DNA of 27,230 bases from Candidatus Eiseniibacteriota bacterium (lineage in GTDB: Bacteria > ARS69): positions 1 to 27,230 of the forward strand of contig JBQTGV010000138.1 in NCBI GenBank assembly GCA_052390515.1, given 5' to 3'. The position numbers and the translations under genes were made by a program. Under the pieces are notes generated by a model. That model saw only the letters and a program-made list of their open reading frames with translations. It searched no databases and was not told the origin of the DNA. Every line of letters begins with the position of its first letter. Position 1 is the first letter of the stretch. Below are positions 1 to 7,524 of the stretch, one piece after another.

Positions 1-130
1 GGCGCTGGGCGCCGGGCCCGGGGCCCCGCCCCCGGGGGGGGGGGGGGGGGGCCACCCCCCGCCGCGCGCGCGGCGCGCCGGGCCCGCCCGACGCCCTCCC
101 CACCCTAGCTTTTTCCCCCCCCCAACACCC
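1..130. other. Low-complexity G/C homopolymer stretch, probable contig-end/sequencing artefact
   Basis: Run of about 18 G at 34-51 plus several C runs, unlike the rest of the window, at the extreme 5' end. Confidence 0.7.
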
Positions 131-132
131 CG

Positions 133-2226
133 TCAGCGGGCCGCCTCCAGCGCCGCCACGCGCCGCTGCAGCGCCTCGATCACCTCGCGCTGCTTCTCGA
201 TCAGCGCCTGCTGCTCTTTCACCGCGTTGATCAGCATGTAGTCGAGCGCGCTGGGATCGAAGGTGTAGTACGCCTTCCCGGGATCGACGACCGACTCCTT
301 GCCGGCCTCGTCCTCGACGACCGTCTGCCAGAGCGCCCGCTCTTCCACCATGAAGGGCGCCACCTTCAGCATGTCCTGAGCGGTGACGCCGACGTACTCC
401 CGGCCGTCGTCCAAGCCGGACTCGTGGGAATACCGGAAGCGCACGGGCGCGATCCGCAGGACCGACTCGAGCCCCTCCTCGAAGGGCTGCACGTCCCGCT
501 TGAGCCGCGCGTCGGAGATCGTCGCCCAGGATCCGCCTCCGGTCTTGAAGCCGTTGCCGACGACCTCGAGGTCGTCTCCGATGAAGAGGTCCTCGTCGCC
601 GGTGGCGACGGTGGGAGTCGGCGTCGTGTCGGCGATGATGTTCGCGGTCGCGCTCATGATGCCGCCGCCGCAGTTGATGACGCCGTTGCCCGCCGCGGCG
701 TAGAAGTCGCCGCCGGAGGCGAAGACGTTTCCGGCGACGTGCAGCCGCTCGGTGGGCAGGACGCCGACACCGAGATTGGCCTGGATCCGCGCGTCGCCGT
801 TGACGTCCAGATACACCTGAGGCGGTCCCGCGGTCTGGAAGTCGTGATTGATCCCCACGGGACCGAAGATGTAGTTGTACGCCTCGCCGATGAGGAAGAT
901 CCCGTAGTGGCCGCCGGCACCCATCGCCCCGGTCGTGACGCCGTAGTAGCAGGCGGAGGAGTGGCTGGAGTTGCGGTTCACGGTTGTGTGGACGCCCATT
1001 GCCTGGACGCTGGCGCCCGCGTTCCCCGTCACTTCCGCCACGACTCCGGCGCGGATTCCGGTTCCTCCGGACAGGGCCTCGAAGTGGCCGCCCGAGTGAA
1101 GCAGGGATCCCGTGTAGTTCGAGACGCCCAGGACCGCGTCGACGGTGGTGGTCGATCCCTCGACGTGCAGCTTCGCCGCCGGGGTGGTCGTCCCGACGCC
1201 CACGGTCTGCGCGCCGGCGTTCGCGGACAGGATGCCCGAGCTGAGGGTCCAGTCGGTGTCGCCGCCGGGCAGTTGCCACGTTCCGCTGCCCGTGGCGTCG
1301 GAGGTGAGGACGCGGCCGGCGACGGCGCCGGTCGACATCTGGAACCCGGCCGTCGCCGTCGTCCCGCCGACGGTCAGGCTGCCGTCGTCGCCGATGAGCA
1401 GGTCCGCCGTTCCGGACGACCCATCGTCGATCTTCAGGTCGTTTCCGGAGTTCCCCGTGTGCAGGATCGTCCAGGTGTGTGTGGCGTGTCCGAGCTTGAT
1501 GAAGGGCGATGCGGGATCGTGCGGATGGGAGATGGTGATCCCGCCGGTCCCGAACGGACCCGGTCCGTCGGGCAGGTTGATCTGCACGCTGCCGTTCACG
1601 GTGAGCGCGGAGGAGGAACCGTCGCCGACCGTCGCGGTGCCGGAGGTCGTGAGGTCCGCCCCGGTCACGAGCGCATCGGCCTGGTCGGCGCGCTCCGCCC
1701 GGATGGCGAACGGCGTCGAGAGGAGCTGCGTGCGCGGCAGCTCCGGCTCGGAGTTCACGGCGATTCCCAGGTAGAGCGGGCTGCCATCGAAGTCGTCGGG
1801 CACGAGCGGATCGATCCCGCCGATCGCGATCTGGAACACGCCGTCGTTCACCGGCACAGCGGCGTGAGCCTCCGGCGCCGCGATCGGCCACACCCTGTTG
1901 CCGCCGGCGGGCGCGTCGTAGAGCGCGACGTCGAGATCCACGCTGCCGTCGAGGGGCGTACCGCCGCTGTCGGCAAGGAAGCCCTGGAACGCGATAGCCG
2001 TCGGCACGGACCGCACCGAGGCGCCCGCATCCTTCCGCGTCGCCGAGGTCGCTGCGGGGGCGACGGCGTGAACAGGCTCTCGCGTCGGAGCGGTACCCGT
2101 CGGAGCGGCACTCGCCGGAGCGGCGTGGGAGGGAGACCGTTCCGCCGCCGGCGCCGCGCGCGCGGGCCACAGGCGCCCGGTGGCGCCCGCCCCCCACGGG
2201 GGGCGCAGAGCGGACAGCGAAAGCAT
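133..2226 (-). CDS. Trimeric fibre/adhesin-like protein with C-terminal peptidase S74 intramolecular chaperone domain (697 aa)
   Basis: ATG at 2226 preceded by GGAG (caaggcGGAGaaccATG). N-terminal 'IAFQGFLADSGGTPLDG...LYLGIAVN...PRTQLLSTPFA' module, 'VGVGTTTPAAKLHV' beta repeats, S74 autocleavage motif 'SDARLKRDVQPFEEGLESVLRIAPVRFRY' and terminal coiled coil 'LINAVKEQQALIEKQ...VAALE'. Confidence 0.8.
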   Translation of the reverse strand: MLSLSALRPPWGAGATGRLWPARAAPAAERSPSHAAPASAAPTGTAPTREPVHAVAPAATSATRKDAGASVRSVPTAIAFQGFLADSGGTPLDGSVDLDVALYDAPAGGNRVWPIAAPEAHAAVPVNDGVFQIAIGGIDPLVPDDFDGSPLYLGIAVNSEPELPRTQLLSTPFAIRAERADQADALVTGADLTTSGTATVGDGSSSALTVNGSVQINLPDGPGPFGTGGITISHPHDPASPFIKLGHATHTWTILHTGNSGNDLKIDDGSSGTADLLIGDDGSLTVGGTTATAGFQMSTGAVAGRVLTSDATGSGTWQLPGGDTDWTLSSGILSANAGAQTVGVGTTTPAAKLHVEGSTTTVDAVLGVSNYTGSLLHSGGHFEALSGGTGIRAGVVAEVTGNAGASVQAMGVHTTVNRNSSHSSACYYGVTTGAMGAGGHYGIFLIGEAYNYIFGPVGINHDFQTAGPPQVYLDVNGDARIQANLGVGVLPTERLHVAGNVFASGGDFYAAAGNGVINCGGGIMSATANIIADTTPTPTVATGDEDLFIGDDLEVVGNGFKTGGGSWATISDARLKRDVQPFEEGLESVLRIAPVRFRYSHESGLDDGREYVGVTAQDMLKVAPFMVEERALWQTVVEDEAGKESVVDPGKAYYTFDPSALDYMLINAVKEQQALIEKQREVIEALQRRVAALEAAR

Positions 2227-2267
2227 GGTTCTCCGCCTTGTGGGGGATTCCGAGGGGGGCGGGCCGC

Positions 2268-2837
2268 TCAGCGGATCCTGAGCATCCGCTTGGAGTCGGA
2301 CCAGGATCCGATCTCGAGTCGGCTGAAGTACACGCCGGTCGCGACGAAGCGCCCGTCCTGATCGCGACCGTCCCACTGCTCGGCGTACCTGCCGGCAGGA
2401 CGGTTCTCGTCCAGGAGCACGGCCATCCTTCGCCCGCCGACGTCGTAGATCGACAGACGGACGTGCGAAGGTCTCTCCACGCTGAAGGTCAGCGTCGTCG
2501 AGTTCCGGAAGGGATTCGGGAAGCTCGGGTGCATGAGGTTCGCGTAGCGGATCTCGGGAGCCTCGCCCTCCGGAGCGTCGGTCGCGTTCAGGAAGAAGAC
2601 CGGGGACCAGAAGCCCTGTCCCAGGCTGAAGCTCCCGCCCGAGGCTCCTCCCACGACGCCGGCCTCCGCGACCGTGGCGCGGAGCGCATAGGAGCCGGCC
2701 GCGGTGTCGACCGCGCCGCCGGACACCACGCCTCGCACCAGGGTCACGGCGGCCGACACGACCGCTGGGTCGAAGACTCCGAGCAGGCCCGCCAGAGCCA
2801 GCGGGGCGAACGGGACGCCGAGCGTGGATCGGGGCAT
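2268..2837 (-). CDS. Small secreted protein with C-terminal FlgD-Ig / T9SS type A sorting-like domain (189 aa)
   Basis: ATG 2837 with AAGGAGG RBS, hydrophobic signal-like N-terminus, 'LGQGFWS' motif, C-terminal 'SFPNPFRNSTTLTF...IYDVGGRRMAVL...WDGRDQDGRFVATGVYFSRL'. Confidence 0.8.
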   Translation of the reverse strand: MPRSTLGVPFAPLALAGLLGVFDPAVVSAAVTLVRGVVSGGAVDTAAGSYALRATVAEAGVVGGASGGSFSLGQGFWSPVFFLNATDAPEGEAPEIRYANLMHPSFPNPFRNSTTLTFSVERPSHVRLSIYDVGGRRMAVLLDENRPAGRYAEQWDGRDQDGRFVATGVYFSRLEIGSWSDSKRMLRIR

Positions 2838-2890
2838 CGCACGCCTCCTTGCGGCAGGAACTCGAATGTAGCGGCCCGGCCGGGCCGACT

Positions 2891-3430
2891 TCAAGCTTGG
2901 CGATCCCGCTCGGCAGTCCCGCGCCGGATCCGCCAGAGGTCGGCCCGCCGGGAATCGGTCTCGAACACGGCGAACGTGGGATCGACATCCTCCGCCCCGA
3001 CCGGCTGGTAGCCCAGGATCGACCCCGGGTTGACGAGCCAGGCGTCTCCGACCCGCTCCAGGAGCGGCCGGTGATCGTGCCCGAAGCACACCAAGTCGAA
3101 CCGACCCGACGCGGCGAGCGGTCGGGCCACGTCGTCGAAGTGCTGCACGGCGAATCGGAGCCCGTCGAACTCACCGAGGAAGGACTCGCCGTGGAGGTGC
3201 ACGCGATCGGTCTTCGCCGCATTCAACTGGAGCCGCCAGCGGTCGGCGTCGTTATTCCCGAAGACGGCGTGGACGGGACCGGGGAACTCCCGGGCGAGGA
3301 TCGGCACGATGAACGGGGAGCACAGGTCCCCGCAGTGGATCAGCAGGTCGGCCTCCTCCCGCAGCCGGCCGAGGGCCGCTCGCAGGTTCCAGACGTGGTC
3401 GTGGCTGTCGGAGAGGATCCCGATGCGCAT
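2891..3430 (-). CDS. YfcE/MJ0936-family metallophosphoesterase (179 aa)
   Basis: Calcineurin-like motifs 'ILSDSH', 'HCGD', 'GNND', 'FGHDH', 'NPGS'; GAGGA RBS. Confidence 0.9.
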   Translation of the reverse strand: MRIGILSDSHDHVWNLRAALGRLREEADLLIHCGDLCSPFIVPILAREFPGPVHAVFGNNDADRWRLQLNAAKTDRVHLHGESFLGEFDGLRFAVQHFDDVARPLAASGRFDLVCFGHDHRPLLERVGDAWLVNPGSILGYQPVGAEDVDPTFAVFETDSRRADLWRIRRGTAERDRQA

Positions 3431-3500
3431 GGGCGATCCTCTACCACGTCCCGCGCCCGCCCGCTCGCCGGTTCTTCGCGGAGAATCGGGCCGCGCGGTC

Positions 3501-3509
3501 TGCTAGAAT
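3501..3509 (+). promoter_or_regulatory. Putative extended -10 promoter element for the biosynthetic operon
   Basis: TGcTAGAAT (TGnTAnnnT) 35 bp upstream of the ACP ATG, in the 114-bp divergent intergenic region; one of few AT-rich spots; GGAGG RBS follows at about 3530. Confidence 0.45.
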
Positions 3510-3544
3510 CGGGCGGGCGAGCGTCGCGCGGAGGCTTCTGGCCC

Positions 3545-3805
3545 ATGCAGCTGAACGGGAACCTGGAGGCCCGCGTGCGGGACCTCATCGTCCGGGAGAT
3601 GCTCCAGGGCGAGGAGTCGGCGGATCTCACGTCGACGACCGAGCTGGTGGAGACCGGGATCGTCGACTCGATCAACGTCCTCAAGCTGGTGGACTTCGTC
3701 GAGGAGACCTGCTCGATCGAGCTCGAGCCCGAGGACATTCGGCAGTTCACCACCATCGCCGGTATCGTGCGAGTCGTCGAGAGCAAGGCCGGCCAGCAGG
3801 CCTGA
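3545..3805 (+). CDS. Stand-alone acyl carrier protein (86 aa)
   Basis: ATG 3545 after GGAGG; acidic small protein with 'LVETGIVDSINVLKLVDFVEE' Ppant-Ser motif and 'FTTIAGIVRVV' C-terminal helix. The longer ORF from 2849 overlaps the phosphoesterase antisense. Confidence 0.9.
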   Translation: MQLNGNLEARVRDLIVREMLQGEESADLTSTTELVETGIVDSINVLKLVDFVEETCSIELEPEDIRQFTTIAGIVRVVESKAGQQA

Positions 3806-3830
3806 CGCGCCGGCCAGCGGGACGAAATCG

Positions 3831-4823
3831 ATGGATCCGAGACTGGGCATCCTGTCCGCGGCCGTCCGTCTGCCGCGACGAACCCGCCCCGTCCCGGAGA
3901 TCTTCGCCGAGGAGGGCCTGCCGGAGGGCGAACGTGTGGCGCGGCTGCTCGGTATCGAGCGCGTCCCCGTCGCCGACGGCGAGCGCGGTTCGGAGCTGGC
4001 GCTCGCCGCCGCGCGCGAAGCCCTCGAACGCGCGGGCGTGGCCGCCGCCGACGTGGACGTGATCGTCGACGCGACCGCGCTTCCTCAGGAGTACCTCGTA
4101 CCGGCCTGGTCCATGAGCAACAAGCTGCAGCACGAGCTCGGGGCGAAGAAGGCGTTCACCATCGGGTTCAGCGGCGCCGGCGCCACGGGATTCCAGGTCG
4201 GACTGCACTTCGCCGCCTGCCTCGTCCGATCCGACCCGCGGATCCGGCACGTGCTGTGGCTCGCGGCCGACCTGTCTATCCCCGGGAACCGCGTGCTCGC
4301 CCCGGAGGACCCGGTCACCGTGCTCGGGGACGCGGCGAGCGCGGTGCTCCTCGGTCGAGGTGCCGACCGCGACGTCGTGGTGGACACGGCGCTCGCCTCG
4401 GACGGCGCGCTGCACGACGTGTGCTACATCCCCGGCGGCGCGATGACTCATCCCGACCGCCGCGATCTCTTCCGGCTTCGGCTGGACCGGGCGGCGTACC
4501 GCGCCGCGTCGCGGGTCGGGCCGCTCCGCGCACTGGCCGAGCGGATCCTGCACCGCCACGGCCTCGCGATCTCGGATGTCGCGGTGCATCTGCACCCGAA
4601 CCTCTCCGCGCCGGAGCGAGCCGAGCTCGATGCCGCGTTCGGCGTGTCCGGGAGCGGCGCCGCGTGCGGGAACCTGGCCGATCACGGCCACCTGCAGGCG
4701 AACGACTTCGTGGTCAACTGGCTCTCCGCCGCGGACGGCGGAAGCCTCCGCGAGGGCGACTGGATCCTGGCCGTCTCCCACGGCTTCGGCTTCACCTCCG
4801 GCGTCTCCCTTCTTCGCCACTGA
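3831..4823 (+). CDS. KAS III (FabH-fold)-like protein, catalytic Cys replaced by Ala (330 aa)
   Basis: FabH-fold motifs 'LGIERVPV', 'LGDAASAVLL', 'HGHLQAND', 'GFGFTSG'. The Cys position reads 'GAGATGFQVGL' versus 'GGCTSYHVAL' in the paralogue. Confidence 0.85.
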   Translation: MDPRLGILSAAVRLPRRTRPVPEIFAEEGLPEGERVARLLGIERVPVADGERGSELALAAAREALERAGVAAADVDVIVDATALPQEYLVPAWSMSNKLQHELGAKKAFTIGFSGAGATGFQVGLHFAACLVRSDPRIRHVLWLAADLSIPGNRVLAPEDPVTVLGDAASAVLLGRGADRDVVVDTALASDGALHDVCYIPGGAMTHPDRRDLFRLRLDRAAYRAASRVGPLRALAERILHRHGLAISDVAVHLHPNLSAPERAELDAAFGVSGSGAACGNLADHGHLQANDFVVNWLSAADGGSLREGDWILAVSHGFGFTSGVSLLRH

Positions 4824-4832
4824 GGATCGACC

Positions 4833-5852
4833 ATGGACGATGCGACGATCGGGATGCTGTCCGCGGCGTACTACCTGCCGCCACTGACGAAGCGGATCGC
4901 CGACGTGTTCCGCGACGAGCGGATCCCGACCACACCGTTCGCGGCCGGCATCGACTTCCAGCGGGACATCGGGATCGAGGCGGTGCACCTGGGCGGCGCG
5001 GAGTCCCCCTCCGACATCGGACTGGAGGCGTCGCGGCGGGCGCTCGCGGAGGCCGACATCGACGCCGCGGACCTCGACCTGATCATCGACTTCACCAGCA
5101 TCCCGGAGGACTACGTCGCGCCGACCTGGGCGGCGGCAGGGCGCGTGCAGGAGCAGCTCGGCGCGCGCAACGCCTTCGCCACAGCAGTGAACACCGGCGG
5201 CTGCACGAGCTACCACGTCGCCCTGCGCGCCGCGCGGAGCTGGATGCTCGGCGACGAGCGCTTCCGCACCGCGCTGCTCTTCGCCGGGGACAAGACGCCC
5301 GCGCTCAACAAGACGTACTACCCGATCACCGTCACCTGCGACGGCGGCAGCGCGGTCGTCTTGCGCCGCGGCCACGCCCGTCGCACGCTGCTCGCCGTGG
5401 AGGTCGTCACCGTCGGGGAGCTTCACGACGTGTGGTACGTGCCGGGGCCTTCGGCGGTGCCCCCGGGGGAGCCGTTCGGAGAAGAGATGCTCTACATGCG
5501 CAGCGACATGAAGCGCTTCAACGAGAGCGTGATCACCGTCAACCTGTTCATGTTCCGCAAGGTCATCAAGGCGGCGATGAAGAGCGCCGGCGTCACGGCG
5601 GAGGACATCGCCTGCTACGTTTATCCGACGTTCTCCACCTGGGATCAGAGCAGCTTTGCCCGCGGGCTCGGCATTCCCCCGGAGAAGGTTTACACCGACG
5701 GGCTGGCCCGACACGGCCACCTGCAGGAGAACGACATGGTGATGAACTACGTGGACGCCGCCCGAGAGGGGCGGTTCGCGGAGGGGGACCTGGTGATGGT
5801 CACGACGAACGGGGCCGGCTTCGCCTGGGGCGCGGCCGTGGTCCGGCATTGA
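4833..5852 (+). CDS. KAS III-like acyltransferase/condensing enzyme with Cys and GHxxxxD motif (339 aa)
   Basis: 'NTGGCTSY' catalytic Cys, 'CDGGSAVVL', 'HGHLQEND', 'GAGFAWGA'; clearly paralogous to the upstream gene. Confidence 0.88.
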   Translation: MDDATIGMLSAAYYLPPLTKRIADVFRDERIPTTPFAAGIDFQRDIGIEAVHLGGAESPSDIGLEASRRALAEADIDAADLDLIIDFTSIPEDYVAPTWAAAGRVQEQLGARNAFATAVNTGGCTSYHVALRAARSWMLGDERFRTALLFAGDKTPALNKTYYPITVTCDGGSAVVLRRGHARRTLLAVEVVTVGELHDVWYVPGPSAVPPGEPFGEEMLYMRSDMKRFNESVITVNLFMFRKVIKAAMKSAGVTAEDIACYVYPTFSTWDQSSFARGLGIPPEKVYTDGLARHGHLQENDMVMNYVDAAREGRFAEGDLVMVTTNGAGFAWGAAVVRH

Positions 5853-5859
5853 GGGCGGC

Positions 5860-7524
5860 ATGACCGGCGACGCGGCGAAAACGCACGACGTGGTGATCAT
5901 CGGCACCGGCTGGTCCGGCACCCTGCTCGCGGCGATCTTGGCGCGGCAGGGGGTCGACGTGATCCTGCTCGACAAGGGCACGCACCCCAAGTTCGCCGTG
6001 GGCGAGTCCACCATCCCGCACACCTCGCTGCTGCTGTCGATGCTGGCCGCGCGCTGGGACGTGCCGGAGATCGACCACCTCGCCTTCCCGGACCGCATCC
6101 AGAAACACGTCTGCACGACCTGCGGCATCAAGCGTTCCTTCGGCTTCGCCTGGCACCGGGAAGGGGAGGAACACGACCGCCGCGCGGCGCTGCTCTTCGG
6201 GACCGCATCCAAGGACGAGAACCACCTCTTCCGGCAGGACGTGGACGCGTACCTCTTCTACACGGCGCTCCGCTACGGGGCGAAGGTCCGCGAGGAAGTG
6301 GAGATCGCCGGGGTGACGATCGACGCGGGCGGCGTGCGTGTCGCGCTCCGCTCCGGCGAGGAGGTGCGCGCGCGCTACGTCGCCGACGCGACCGGCTTCC
6401 GCTCCGTGGTGGCGGACGCCCTGGACCTGCGGGAGAAGCCGACGTCGATCCGGCACCAGTCCCGCACCCTGTTCACGCACATGATCGACGTGAAGCCGTT
6501 CGACGAGACGGACACGCCGTTCCGGCAGGGATGGCACACGAGCACGCTGCATCACGTCTTCGATCGCGGCTGGTTCTGGGTCATCCCGTTCGACAACCAG
6601 AAGGGCTCCACGAATCCGGTCGTCAGCGTGGGACTCACCGTCGATCCGCGCAGCCACCCCAAGCCGGCCTCCTCCGGCGCGGCGGAGTTCGGCGAGTTCG
6701 TGCGCCGGTTTCCCAGCGTGATCCCGCAGTTCGAGAACGCGAAGGCGGTGCGCCCCTGGGTCTCGACCGGGCGCGTGCAGTACTCGTCGAAGCGGACCAC
6801 CGGATACCGCTTCACGCTGATGTCGCACGCGTCCGGGTTCGTGGATCCGCTCTACTCGCGGGGCTTGATCAACACGGTGGAGGTGATCACCGCGCTCGTG
6901 CCCAGGCTGCTGGCGGCGCTCGCGGACGACGACTTCGACCTGGAGCGTTTCGAGTCGATCGAGACGCTGCACCGTCGGATGATCCGGTACAACGATCGCC
7001 TCGTGAACGGATCCTTCGCCAGCTGGCGCGACTTCGACCTGTGGAACGCGTGGGTACGTGTGTGGGCCTTCGGCACGATCGTGACGGAGTTCCGCGTGAT
7101 GCGCGCGCTCTCCGAGTACACCGCCACGGGCGATGTGTCCCATCTGAACGGGAACTTGACCGATCCCGCGTTCTCCAACCTGGAGGATCCCGACTACCAC
7201 GCGTTCTTCCGCCGCGCGGTGGAACTGATGGATGCGTGCGAGGCGGGAACGGTGCCGGCCGCGGAGACGGCGACGCGGCTGTTCGCCCTGCAGGCGGACT
7301 ACGAATTCCCCATCCTGCTGAACGTTCCGGCCATGCGCCGGGCCGGCTGGCTGAAGGAGGGGGAGGAGATCAGCGAGCGGAGCATGCGTTTCGCGCGCGA
7401 GGGATACCGCTGGGCGCTGGCCAACCCGACGAGCCGCGACCTGTTCGGCACGGCGGAGACGCTGTACCGCTGGCGCGCGCACCGAGCCGATCCGCACCTC
7501 GAGGCGCGGGAGCCGGCGAAGTGA
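5860..7524 (+). CDS. FAD-dependent halogenase, PrnC-like (554 aa)
   Basis: 'IIGTGWSG' FAD motif, 'FAVGESTIP', 'GIKRSFGF' (putative catalytic Lys), 'RQDVDAYL', WxWxIP 'WFWVIPF', 'GFVDPLYSRGL', 'ALADDDF..ERF', all collinear with PrnC as I recall it. Confidence 0.92.
   Translation: MTGDAAKTHDVVIIGTGWSGTLLAAILARQGVDVILLDKGTHPKFAVGESTIPHTSLLLSMLAARWDVPEIDHLAFPDRIQKHVCTTCGIKRSFGFAWHREGEEHDRRAALLFGTASKDENHLFRQDVDAYLFYTALRYGAKVREEVEIAGVTIDAGGVRVALRSGEEVRARYVADATGFRSVVADALDLREKPTSIRHQSRTLFTHMIDVKPFDETDTPFRQGWHTSTLHHVFDRGWFWVIPFDNQKGSTNPVVSVGLTVDPRSHPKPASSGAAEFGEFVRRFPSVIPQFENAKAVRPWVSTGRVQYSSKRTTGYRFTLMSHASGFVDPLYSRGLINTVEVITALVPRLLAALADDDFDLERFESIETLHRRMIRYNDRLVNGSFASWRDFDLWNAWVRVWAFGTIVTEFRVMRALSEYTATGDVSHLNGNLTDPAFSNLEDPDYHAFFRRAVELMDACEAGTVPAAETATRLFALQADYEFPILLNVPAMRRAGWLKEGEEISERSMRFAREGYRWALANPTSRDLFGTAETLYRWRAHRADPHLEAREPAK

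Noticed and set aside
1-130. G-quadruplex or terminator structure
   Set aside because: More simply explained as a poly-G sequencing artefact at the sequence end.
2086-2125. Three 15-bp-period repeats (cggagcgg core)
   Set aside because: They encode a short Ala/Pro/Thr linker; too short and spacer-less for CRISPR or a regulatory array.
133-2226. Prophage suggested by the tail-fibre/S74 domain
   Set aside because: No integrase, capsid, terminase or other phage genes are visible; such proteins are common cellular surface proteins.
2227-3222. N-terminal 332-aa extension of the 1029-aa ORF
   Set aside because: It overlaps two real same-strand genes in other frames and is Arg/Ser/Pro-rich nonsense; a good RBS and ATG exist at 2226.
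6531-7520. Upstream extension of the 927-aa ORF (likewise 8561-9310, 17627-17704 and 20984-21619)
   Set aside because: Each overlaps the preceding gene out of frame; coupled starts at the stop/start overlaps explain the genes better.
5860-7524. Pyrrolnitrin cluster / symbol prnC
   Set aside because: prnA, prnB and prnD are absent and the context is NRPS-PKS; family similarity only.
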